Below are positions 43,612 to 50,738 of a DNA stretch of 57,439 nucleotides, in pieces. The notes beneath the pieces were generated by a model. That model did no database searches. It was given only the letters and a program-made list of their open reading frames with translations, and was not told the DNA's origin. Every line of letters begins with the position of its first letter. Position 1 is the first letter of the stretch. The position numbers and the translations under genes were made by a program. The stretch comes from a virus, in the IMG/VR virus record IMGVR_UViG_3300001349_000001, positions 1-57,439 of that record. One strand, 5' to 3'.

Positions 43612-43619
43612 CAAAGGTA
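43612..43619 (-). promoter_or_regulatory. Bacteroidota-type -7 box (TACCTTTG on the minus strand) for the groEL operon
   Basis: Matches TAnnTTTG, 22 nt upstream of the groEL ATG. Confidence 0.45.
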
Positions 43620-43649
43620 ATAAAAAATACAACAACACATTAAAAGCTT

Positions 43650-43677
43650 ATGTAGAAATGTAGAAAAATGTATAAAA
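43650..43677. promoter_or_regulatory. Three tandem ATGTAGA/ATGTATA half-sites
   Basis: atgtagaaATGTAGAaaaATGTATAaaa. Lies 30-60 nt upstream of the groEL -7 box. Confidence 0.6.
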
Positions 43678-43750
43678 AAGCAAAACTTATTTTCTTATAT
43701 AAGAGATTACCTATTTTATTATTTTTAATTTTCTTATTTCTAAGTAAAAA

Positions 43751-43766
43751 ATCAACATTTCAACAT
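43751..43766. promoter_or_regulatory. Two direct TCAACAT half-sites
   Basis: aTCAACATtTCAACAT. TCAACAT is the reverse complement of ATGTTGA. Confidence 0.6.
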
Positions 43767-43800
43767 TTGCTATTATCAATCAATAACTTAGCTAAAAAAA

Positions 43801-43840
43801 ATCAACATAAAATCTACATGAGAATGTAGATAATCAACAT
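43801..43840. promoter_or_regulatory. Four half-sites, including the palindrome ATCTACAT-GAGA-ATGTAGAT and the composite ATGTAGATAATCAACAT
   Basis: The 17-mer at 43824-43840 matches 52007-52023 at 16 of 17 positions. Confidence 0.7.
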
Positions 43841-43931
43841 TTTGATGCTTTATGTGATTTAAAAATTATATTAAATGGGTTGAATTGCAAACAATTGACA
43901 AACATTTATTGATTATACTTAAATTTATTGC

Positions 43932-43957
43932 ATAAAAAAACCGCTAATAAAGCGGTT
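43932..43957 (-). terminator. Rho-independent terminator
   Basis: Minus-strand hairpin AACCGCT-TTATT-AGCGGTT followed by a T-run, 22 nt after the stop of the 58-aa gene. Confidence 0.65.
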
Positions 43958-43978
43958 AATTTAAGTTTTAATATATAT

Positions 43979-44155
43979 TTAAAACATTTTTCTGTATTCA
44001 GCTCTTGCGATTCCATCAGCTATCATATCAACTTTATCGTTGTACTTAACCATTTTTCTTAATTGAGCAGCTTGTTCAATTCCTGAGATTGAATTAGGTC
44101 TAGAGTTTTGAAGTCTACCATCTTTTACATACAATCCGTCTACGTAATCTTTCAT
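43979..44155 (-). CDS. Hypothetical protein (58 aa)
   Basis: Hand-translated: MKDYVDGLYVKDGRLQNSRPNSISGIEQAAQLRKMVKYNDKVDMIADGIARAEYRKMF. Followed by a terminator. Confidence 0.5.
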   Translation of the reverse strand: MKDYVDGLYVKDGRLQNSRPNSISGIEQAAQLRKMVKYNDKVDMIADGIARAEYRKMF

Positions 44156-44157
44156 AA

Positions 44158-44298
44158 TTAATATTTTAAAGTTATTCCTATAAGTCCAATATATATATTT
44201 ATTTCAGACCAGTCATGATCAACATCTCTAGAATAATAAGCCCAACCTAATGTAAACCCTACGTTTAATCTGTTGTGAAATTCTATCTGCCAATCCAT
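44158..44298 (-). CDS. Possible hypothetical protein (46 aa)
   Basis: ORF abutting the 58-aa gene. TAnnTTTG-like boxes at 44302-44317 lie very close to its ATG, so the call is uncertain. Confidence 0.3.
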   Translation of the reverse strand: MDWQIEFHNRLNVGFTLGWAYYSRDVDHDWSEINIYIGLIGITLKY

Positions 44299-44442
44299 AG
44301 GCAAAGATACAAAAATATTAGATACACGGGAGTATTATATAATATACTATTATACGCAATGCTGCCCCCAAAAAAAAGTTGATATTTAAAAATGGGTGGG
44401 GGGTAACTTTTAAAAAATTTCCTCGGATTTTTTCGGCTTTTT

Positions 44443-44490
44443 GCCCAGGCACCCCCGCGCGCCCCGTCCCCGTTTCGCCCCCCGTCCCCG
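44443..44490 (-). other. GC-rich island with a G-quadruplex motif (minus strand) / C-tract i-motif (plus strand)
   Basis: 41 of 48 nt are G/C. Plus-strand C-runs are CCCCC, CCCC, CCCC, CCCCCC, CCCC with 1-6 nt loops. Includes two copies of CCCCGTCCCCGTTT (44462-44475 and 44480-44493). Confidence 0.7.
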
Positions 44491-44526
44491 TTTTACGCTC
44501 TCATTTTTTGCGGTTCTCTGATCGTT

Positions 44527-44543
44527 GGAACTGTTGGAGTTCC
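44527..44543. repeat. Inverted repeat GGAACT-GTTGG-AGTTCC
   Basis: Perfect 6-bp arms in the ORF-free part of the hub. Confidence 0.6.
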
Positions 44544-44760
44544 AAAAATTAAAGGGATTAAAAAAAGTATTAAACCCTTTGCACGTTTAAACCTTCCCTT
44601 TTATACCCCCAAACCCACGCAAATAAATAAACAAAGGAAAAAAAATATCGCTCGGGAACCCGCGCCAGGACTAGGATTTTAAAAAAACTTACAAATAAAT
44701 TAGGATATTAAAAAACTTTTACTGTATCTTGCAAAAGATTTGAAAACGAAACGCAAACAA

Positions 44761-44949
44761 ATGATAATATTTGAAACTAGAAAAAAAGCTTTGGAATTAA
44801 GAAAAAAAGCTTTGGAAGCTTTGAACAACTCCAAAGAGATAAACAAAAATTTTCAATTAAACCCAAATAAACACTTGAGAGAGGCTAAATTTTTAGACAA
44901 AGCGCCTAGAATTATAAAAGAATGCAACGACTATTTAAAAGCTAACTAA
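44761..44949 (+). CDS. First rightward early protein (62 aa from the ATG; a TTG at 44740 is possible)
   Basis: Track ORF. Contains a 21-bp tandem duplication encoding RKKALEL/RKKALEA. Confidence 0.5.
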   Translation: MIIFETRKKALELRKKALEALNNSKEINKNFQLNPNKHLREAKFLDKAPRIIKECNDYLKAN

Positions 44950-44960
44950 AAACTAACAAA

Positions 44961-45281
44961 ATGAGAAATTCAATTAAAGAAGAGTTAAAAATTTACATGG
45001 AGAATTTTATCAATGACTTGAGAGGAGAAAAATTTCATGACGCGCATGAATTACACCAACACGCATTTAATGAAGACTATTATATAATAGGTTATTATCA
45101 AGCGGAGCAGTGGCTAAAAAAACATGATATTTCTGTATTTGAGGCAATCAATTTCGTTCAGGACTACGAGCGCGAAATGTTCGGTGCTGATGCCGTGAGA
45201 GGTTACGACAACGCCGAAAGCCTCGTTAATATGCTCGTGTATATTGTAGGGGAAGAAATCACACAAGAGATGGATTATTAA
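44961..45281 (+). CDS. Hypothetical early protein (106 aa)
   Basis: Track ORF. Shares the start context ACTAACAAAATG with the next gene. Confidence 0.6.
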   Translation: MRNSIKEELKIYMENFINDLRGEKFHDAHELHQHAFNEDYYIIGYYQAEQWLKKHDISVFEAINFVQDYEREMFGADAVRGYDNAESLVNMLVYIVGEEITQEMDY

Positions 45282-45296
45282 TTAAACACTAACAAA

Positions 45297-45524
45297 ATGA
45301 AAGCAATTAAAGAACAATTACAGAAAATGAAACTAGGGCAAATTGAGGACGTTATTTTTTCTAATGGACTTGGAAGAGTAACAAGAGAAATTGAAAAAAT
45401 TGAAGAGAATGTATTTTATGTGCATGACTTCGGCTCGGGGTGGTTAACTGCTGAATTAGACCTAAAGGAAGCCGTTAAATTCTGTAAAGGTGAAATCAAG
45501 CCTTTAGATTTATTGTGGGAATAA
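45297..45524 (+). CDS. Hypothetical early protein (75 aa)
   Basis: Track ORF. Confidence 0.55.
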   Translation: MKAIKEQLQKMKLGQIEDVIFSNGLGRVTREIEKIEENVFYVHDFGSGWLTAELDLKEAVKFCKGEIKPLDLLWE

Positions 45525-45529
45525 AAAAA

Positions 45530-45736
45530 ATGAAATCAAATAATATGAAAAATTTACAATTAGACATCGACAAATTAATTAAAGAGAAAAACGACCTTAA
45601 AAACGAACTAGATGCACACCTTGAAAAGCAGTTAGACATGCCGACAAAAGATGACTTTGATGATTTAGAAAATGAGAATGCAAAGCTAAAAAAACAAGTT
45701 GCTGATTATATCAGCTTCATTATATCAAATTATTAG
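45530..45736 (+). CDS. Hypothetical coiled-coil protein (68 aa from the ATG)
   Basis: The track ORF starts at a GTG at 45515. The ATG at 45530 avoids overlap with the upstream gene. Confidence 0.5.
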   Translation: MKSNNMKNLQLDIDKLIKEKNDLKNELDAHLEKQLDMPTKDDFDDLENENAKLKKQVADYISFIISNY

Positions 45737-45770
45737 AATTAAAAGAAATTGAAAACCAATACAATCAAAC

Positions 45771-45938
45771 ATGGAAAAAATAAAAATGAGAAATGCTCAT
45801 GCAGAATGGAAAGTATTAAATAAATACTTTGGAACCGAAGCGATATCAATTTGGTTCAATAACTTTAGTGGGTACGAAAACGCAAGAGAGAACGCATCCT
45901 ATCAACAAATTTTTGATGTTCTTAAACAATATCGTTAG
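45771..45938 (+). CDS. Hypothetical protein (55 aa)
   Basis: Hand-translated: MEKIKMRNAHAEWKVLNKYFGTEAISIWFNNFSGYENARENASYQQIFDVLKQYR. Followed by a hairpin terminator. Confidence 0.45.
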   Translation: MEKIKMRNAHAEWKVLNKYFGTEAISIWFNNFSGYENARENASYQQIFDVLKQYR

Positions 45939-45959
45939 TTGCTTTTTTTCAAGCCATTG

Positions 45960-45980
45960 CCTCGCCTTGTGCGGGGTTTT
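45960..45980 (+). terminator. Putative rho-independent terminator
   Basis: CCTCGC-CTTGT-GCGGGG hairpin (one G-U pair) followed by TTTT. Confidence 0.45.
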
Positions 45981-46016
45981 GGTGGTAAAAGAAAGTATTA
46001 ATTTAAATAAAATATT

Positions 46017-46217
46017 ATGAAAAGAGAACTAAAAAGGTACAAGCAAAATTTAAAAGTTATCGGGAGCGGAGTTTATTCTTACGATACTTTAGTAGCTGAA
46101 ATCGTAGGAACGGAACTTAAAAAAGTTTCATGGAGAGTAAACGGAATGAGTTCAAGCCCGACAACCTCAAAACATATTAATTATGTAGCAAGTGAATTTA
46201 ATTTAAAACTAACATAA
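46017..46217 (+). CDS. Hypothetical protein (66 aa)
   Basis: Track ORF. Confidence 0.55.
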   Translation: MKRELKRYKQNLKVIGSGVYSYDTLVAEIVGTELKKVSWRVNGMSSSPTTSKHINYVASEFNLKLT

Positions 46218-46705
46218 TGACAAAGCAAGAATTTTTAAAACGCGCAGTTGCAAAAAACATAAAGGAATCAAGGGGACATGATGCCCCCTCTTATGAGTGG
46301 GACGTTTATTTCGATGGTAAAAAAGTCGGGAATGTTTGGGATGACTCTTATGGTGGGGAATTAAAAATAACAAACTTTCGTTTTGGAATAACAAACCTTT
46401 ACAAAAGCATAGACAAAAAGTCTTTGTGGGATGAAAAATATGAGTGGACAACATCTTTAGATTTATTAATGGAAGAATTGAAAACCATAGCATTAATGAA
46501 GAAAGACGAGAAAAAAGGAGTAATGATTGGAACTCCTTATAATTATTCTGTTAAAGGATTTAGAACGAGCATACCTACTTCATTTAAGAGGTGGGGAGAC
46601 TGCGGGATTATGAAAGATTATCAAGATATCATAGACGAGGCAGTGAGTAAAGGTCAAACGATACTTAATACCGAGTATCTTCGGACGTGGAATTTAAATA
46701 TATAA
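46217..46705 (+). CDS. Hypothetical protein (162 aa)
   Basis: Track ORF. Stop/start overlap with the upstream gene. Confidence 0.6.
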   Translation: MTKQEFLKRAVAKNIKESRGHDAPSYEWDVYFDGKKVGNVWDDSYGGELKITNFRFGITNLYKSIDKKSLWDEKYEWTTSLDLLMEELKTIALMKKDEKKGVMIGTPYNYSVKGFRTSIPTSFKRWGDCGIMKDYQDIIDEAVSKGQTILNTEYLRTWNLNI

Positions 46706-46754
46706 ATTATGAATGCAATGAGCGATTTTGCTCAGAGATTAAATCAACATTAAA

Positions 46755-47030
46755 ATGAGTAAGGAAATAAATATTACATGGACTGAGTTTGAAGAAAAGT
46801 ATAAACCCATCCAAAATGAATTAGTAGAAAATTCAGCTTATAACGATTGCATGTTTGAAACTTATGGTAAAGAAGTAGAAAAAGTTTGGGAGACCGAAGT
46901 ATTAAATGTTTGGACAATCTTTGATAATGATGATATTGTTAGTGGTCGATGGCGAGTTAATAGACTTGGATATTTAATTACCAAAGTTGCAAGAAAACAA
47001 GATGAGATGATAAACGTGATATGGGATTAA
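46755..47030 (+). CDS. Hypothetical protein (91 aa)
   Basis: Track ORF. An AATCAACAT motif lies 5 nt upstream (46742-46750). Confidence 0.55.
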   Translation: MSKEINITWTEFEEKYKPIQNELVENSAYNDCMFETYGKEVEKVWETEVLNVWTIFDNDDIVSGRWRVNRLGYLITKVARKQDEMINVIWD

Positions 47031-47148
47031 AAACGGATAACATGGTGCTTTGGAGGGACTCGGTTTCCCTCTTATCCACAATGAGCGAAATTATAAACTC
47101 TAAAGTTTTAGATGACAAAACAAAAATTAAATTAATTAAAGAAAATCT

Positions 47149-47295
47149 ATGAACAACGAAATTAAATTGATAGAAAACGCTTTGCGAAAGCAGAGAGATA
47201 GAACTGCTACATTTAGCGACATATCGTTTCTTATTAAAAAGGAGGCGCAGTATGGCACATTAAACACAAGAGTAATTAAAAATATAATACAATGA
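47149..47295 (+). CDS. Hypothetical protein (48 aa)
   Basis: Hand-translated. ATGA overlap with the next gene. Confidence 0.4.
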   Translation: MNNEIKLIENALRKQRDRTATFSDISFLIKKEAQYGTLNTRVIKNIIQ

Positions 47296-47555
47296 AAGTA
47301 GAATTTAAAGAAGCCTATGCAAATGTAGTGTACATCAATTTAGAAGTTAAAATTGAAGGCAAAGCTTATCAATACCATGCGACCCTTACGGGCGGGAGAT
47401 TAGAGTCTGAAGAAGTTTATTTTATCGACACCTTAGACGAGCCTGATGATCAAGATGAAATATATCAAAAAATTGAGGAGTGGTTATTTGCTTATCCAAA
47501 CTCTGAGCCATTCACGAACTTAGATCTAATGTTAGAAAAAATAAACGTAGATTAA
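47292..47555 (+). CDS. Acidic hypothetical protein (87 aa)
   Basis: Track ORF, coupled to the DNMT-like gene by a 1-nt overlap. Confidence 0.55.
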   Translation: MKVEFKEAYANVVYINLEVKIEGKAYQYHATLTGGRLESEEVYFIDTLDEPDDQDEIYQKIEEWLFAYPNSEPFTNLDLMLEKINVD

Positions 47556-48208
47556 TGAAGGTACTTGTAGCTTGTGAAGAAAGTCAAGCAATAACAAAAC
47601 AGTTTAGAAAATTAGGTCATGAGGCATACTCTTGTGACTTAATTCCTTGTAGTGGTGGTCATGAAGAGTGGCACATTCAAGGCGATGCTTTAGAGGAGGC
47701 GAACAGTCGCAAATATGATTTGATGGTTGCCCACCCTCCATGCACCTATTTGTCAGTAAGTGGCAATCGGTGGCTATATAATAAAGATGGCTCAAAGAAT
47801 GAGGGGCGTTGGGAGAATAGGCAAAAAGCTTTGTTCTTTGTCAAGCAACTGATGGATGCACCGATTAAGCATATAGCAATAGAGAATCCTATTAGCGTGA
47901 TTTCATCACAGATAAGAAAACCTAATCAGATTATTCAGCCTTATATGTTTGGCGATGAGGCGACCAAAACAACGTGCCTTTGGACAAAAAATCTTCCTGA
48001 TTTAATTCCTACTGAAATTGTAGGTAAAGGAGAGCGAACTGTTTTTAAAAGTGGAAAAAGTCATCCAAAATGGTACGCAGATGCTTTGTCAAAAGCTAAA
48101 ACACCCGAAGAGAGGAGGACGTTGAGGAGTAAGACGTTCCCCGGGATGGCGAAGGCGATTGCGACTCAGTACTCAGAGTATATTATTAATTTAAATCAAC
48201 AGATATGA
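47555..48208 (+). CDS. Short C5-cytosine-methyltransferase-like protein with an atypical motif I (217 aa)
   Basis: AHPPCTYLS (motif IV-like PPC), IENP (motif VI-like ENV) and a C-terminal FPGMAKAIA. The N-terminus VLVACEESQ replaces the FxGxG SAM loop. Confidence 0.55.
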   Translation: MKVLVACEESQAITKQFRKLGHEAYSCDLIPCSGGHEEWHIQGDALEEANSRKYDLMVAHPPCTYLSVSGNRWLYNKDGSKNEGRWENRQKALFFVKQLMDAPIKHIAIENPISVISSQIRKPNQIIQPYMFGDEATKTTCLWTKNLPDLIPTEIVGKGERTVFKSGKSHPKWYADALSKAKTPEERRTLRSKTFPGMAKAIATQYSEYIINLNQQI

Positions 48209-48348
48209 AAAAGACAATAGTATTATTAAGAGAGTGTTTATCGCTCCTTCTAAAGCTTGAAAAGTATTTCGGCTATGATAATTCCGAAGAGGGAAGAGAA
48301 ATAGGAAAATTAATTGATAAAATAGAAAATAATGAAAACAACATTTAG
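48205..48348 (+). CDS. Hypothetical protein (47 aa)
   Basis: Hand-translated. ATGA overlap with the upstream gene. Confidence 0.35.
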   Translation: MKKTIVLLRECLSLLLKLEKYFGYDNSEEGREIGKLIDKIENNENNI

Positions 48349-48526
48349 TAGTATAATTAGAGACGAGTACGAGTTACATTGCGGGAGAGTTACACCTTCT
48401 CGTAAACAAACAAAAGAAGACAATGTGTATACAGTGATCCTAAAAAAAGATTGCATTGAAACTTTTAAGTATGTAAGTGATTATAACGAGGCGGTAAATA
48501 AAATTAATAATCATTTAAAGTTATGA
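48332..48526 (+). CDS. Hypothetical protein (64 aa)
   Basis: Track ORF. Confidence 0.5.
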   Translation: MKTTFSSIIRDEYELHCGRVTPSRKQTKEDNVYTVILKKDCIETFKYVSDYNEAVNKINNHLKL

Positions 48527-48669
48527 GCGCAGACACACCTAATGCTTGGGGTAATGATGCCCCTTGGCTAATAAAAGAAAAAGAATATGAGTGCTATGAA
48601 TGTGGTCAGATAATGGATGAAGATTCAGGCTATTGCTCAACATCTTGCTTTAAAGCTTCGTTATTATGA
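48523..48669 (+). CDS. Zinc-ribbon-like mini-protein (48 aa, CYEC...CSTSC)
   Basis: Hand-translated. ATGA couplings at both ends. Confidence 0.45.
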   Translation: MSADTPNAWGNDAPWLIKEKEYECYECGQIMDEDSGYCSTSCFKASLL

Positions 48670-48815
48670 CTTGTAGAGAATGTAATAACCAAGAACTAGA
48701 AGTAATAGACTCAGAATATCGAGGAGACTATTCTGTTGACACTCTGTATTGTAAATCTTGCAATAAAGAGGTAATAAAATTTTATGACAAAAAAATATAT
48801 TTTTATGGAAGATAA
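48666..48815 (+). CDS. Zinc-ribbon mini-protein (49 aa, CRECN...CKSCN)
   Basis: Hand-translated. Two CxxC pairs 22 residues apart. Confidence 0.45.
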   Translation: MTCRECNNQELEVIDSEYRGDYSVDTLYCKSCNKEVIKFYDKKIYFYGR

Positions 48816-48960
48816 GATAATAATAACCTCAGCAGAAGCGAAAATTCTTAAGGAACATTTATTTAAATCGCTTCAAAAAGCCACGGACAATTTCAGTAAC
48901 AATGTAAGTTTCTATAAAAGAGACTTTGATCTTTATGATAAAATAAAAAAATTAGTATGA
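48784..48960 (+). CDS. Hypothetical protein (58 aa; alternative start at 48805)
   Basis: Hand-translated. ATGA overlap with the next gene. Confidence 0.4.
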   Translation: MTKKYIFMEDKIIITSAEAKILKEHLFKSLQKATDNFSNNVSFYKRDFDLYDKIKKLV

Positions 48961-49157
48961 ATTATTTTTTAAGAGGAAAAAGAAAACAACAACATCTTCA
49001 ATATTTAAGGAGTTTTTTAAGAGATTTAGATAATAAATGTAATCGACTTAGATTAAATATGAATGATAGTAATCAAAAAGAAAGTGTAAAACAGATGCGC
49101 ATATACACCGCTCTTCAAAAAAAATACCGACGTAGATTTAAACTCCTGGAGTTTTAA
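48957..49157 (+). CDS. Basic hypothetical protein (66 aa)
   Basis: Track ORF. Confidence 0.5.
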   Translation: MNYFLRGKRKQQHLQYLRSFLRDLDNKCNRLRLNMNDSNQKESVKQMRIYTALQKKYRRRFKLLEF

Positions 49158-49228
49158 AAACCGATTTACCTAATAAAAATTTGGTAGATAAAATTATATT
49201 AATTAAATTTGAACTCAATACATTAATT

Positions 49229-49369
49229 ATGACAGACTTAGAGAATGAATTTCTTGATGACGATTATAGATCAAGGGAGTATATAAAAAGAGAAAGGTCC
49301 CCAAAGCCGGGAGATAAATTAACCTATAAAGAAGTAAAGCCCTTACTTAAAAATATATTTGGAATATGA
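49229..49369 (+). CDS. Hypothetical protein (46 aa from the ATG; the track ORF begins at a TTG at 49181)
   Basis: Track ORF trimmed to its first ATG. ATGA overlap with the next gene. Confidence 0.4.
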   Translation: MTDLENEFLDDDYRSREYIKRERSPKPGDKLTYKEVKPLLKNIFGI

Positions 49370-49671
49370 AAAAATATGTATTTAAAGAGTACCTTCTTAA
49401 TATATGCAATTATTTAGATATTTCTGAAGAAGATCTTTTTAAAAATAGTAAGGTTCAATCAATAGTTGAGGCTCGAAGAATACTTTTTTTACTTTGCAGA
49501 GATCGAGGAATTAAACCATCTCAGATAAAAGAATATGTAAAGCAGACTCAAGGTATTGACATCGCTCACTCATCTGTGAGTAGGGGAATAAGATCAATAG
49601 AGAAAGTTATAGAGAATGACAAGGACTATACTTTTATAATTTCAAAACTAAGAACCATAGATGATATTTAA
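49366..49671 (+). CDS. DnaA C-terminal (domain IV)-like HTH protein, paralogue 1 (101 aa)
   Basis: SKVQSIVEARRILFLLCRD.G...SQI.......DIAHSSVSRGIRSIE parallels the DnaA domain IV pattern (R..AR.iamYL.r.....s...Ig......dHsTV.ha...i). Confidence 0.6.
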   Translation: MKKYVFKEYLLNICNYLDISEEDLFKNSKVQSIVEARRILFLLCRDRGIKPSQIKEYVKQTQGIDIAHSSVSRGIRSIEKVIENDKDYTFIISKLRTIDDI

Positions 49672-50068
49672 TGAATTAGAAGAAATATTTCAAGACGCTA
49701 GTAAGAGTTATGGAGTTGCCAATTTAAGTGGCGAGGGATATAGAGCCTACATGAAGTTAGGTGTTAAGATAACTAGAGATGATGAAACCGGGGAGATTAC
49801 TATTTATGATCCCTCAAAAGGTGGAGGTTCTTATTATGTGGAAATAAATGAAGACCAATATCAATTGTTTTTTGATCATGGTTGGGAAGAAGCCGTAAAG
49901 AGAATTACGTTGTATAAATACTCCTATCAAATTGATAGATTAACCGAGAGTATTAAAAATGAAATGAATTCTGTTAAGTGTAATGAAAAATCTCTTTTAA
50001 CTTATAAGTTGACTAAAAATAATATATTAAAAAAATATTTTAAGCTTACAAATAAACATTACGAGTAG
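49661..50068 (+). CDS. Hypothetical protein (135 aa)
   Basis: Track ORF. Confidence 0.55.
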   Translation: MIFNELEEIFQDASKSYGVANLSGEGYRAYMKLGVKITRDDETGEITIYDPSKGGGSYYVEINEDQYQLFFDHGWEEAVKRITLYKYSYQIDRLTESIKNEMNSVKCNEKSLLTYKLTKNNILKKYFKLTNKHYE

Positions 50069-50147
50069 ACAAAGGGGGGTACAAAGTTAATCGAACACTA
50101 TGCTTCCTGGAGTCTTATAAATTAAATATTAATTAAAATAAAATCAA

Positions 50148-50738
50148 ATGAAAAACTATTTCAAAGCACTTGCCGGCTTTCAGCAAGAATGCCCGGTCTT
50201 ACTTAAAGACACTTCGGGGTATGGCTACAAGTATGTTGATCTTCCAAAGATAATACATACCATCAATCCTCTAATGAAAAAACATGGCCTAGGATTTACT
50301 CAAAAAACAGGAACGAATCCAGAGACTAATAATCCATCTTTAACAACTATGTTGTTTCATATATCTTCAGGAGAACACGACTCTAGTACTGTTGATATAC
50401 CATTTGTGGAGATGAAAGGGCAGAATGCTTATCAGTCTTTTGGATCAGGACTTACATATTTCAGGAGATATGCTCTAACTTCTGCGCTTGGAATCGTAAG
50501 CGACAAAGATATTGATGCTTATGGAGAACAAGTTACTACTACAGAGGCTCCTAAAATAATTAAAACTCCAAAGCACGTAAAGGTTGATATTGGAGAAGCT
50601 GAATGGGATGAAGTTTTATTAAAAGTTAAAGGTAGATTAGATAGAGGAGATAAATGGGATGATGTTATTAAAGCATTGAAGAAAAAGTTTAATGTATCGG
50701 TTTCTGAATTAAATAAAATTAAAAAAGAAGTAAGATGA
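50148..50738 (+). CDS. ERF-family single-strand annealing protein (196 aa)
   Basis: ALAGFQQE....LKD....GYKYVDLP.I......L..HGL.F.Q...H.SGE...GSGLTYFRRYAL.SALGI fits the ERF family pattern. Confidence 0.75.
   Translation: MKNYFKALAGFQQECPVLLKDTSGYGYKYVDLPKIIHTINPLMKKHGLGFTQKTGTNPETNNPSLTTMLFHISSGEHDSSTVDIPFVEMKGQNAYQSFGSGLTYFRRYALTSALGIVSDKDIDAYGEQVTTTEAPKIIKTPKHVKVDIGEAEWDEVLLKVKGRLDRGDKWDDVIKALKKKFNVSVSELNKIKKEVR

Noticed and set aside
44779-44817. A 21-bp tandem duplication (agaaaaaaagctttggaa twice)
   Set aside because: It lies in-frame inside a small early ORF and simply encodes RKKALEL/RKKALEA. There is no evidence of a regulatory role.
45829-46020. A 63-aa track ORF
   Set aside because: It reads through a terminator-like hairpin (45960-45980) and overlaps a more plausible 55-aa ORF (45771-45938) in another frame.
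44947-46219. A shared pre-start sequence, A(A/C)ACTAACA(A/T)AATG, at three early genes (44961, 45297, 46217)
   Set aside because: It probably reflects the A-rich translation-initiation context or ancient duplication of short intergenic spacers. It is too short and has too few copies to call a regulatory element.
47071-47079. A perfect consensus DnaA box, TTATCCACA
   Set aside because: It is a single copy and not clustered. A 9-mer is roughly expected by chance once in about 115 kb of two-strand sequence. It is noted only because the phage encodes DnaA-domain-IV-like proteins.
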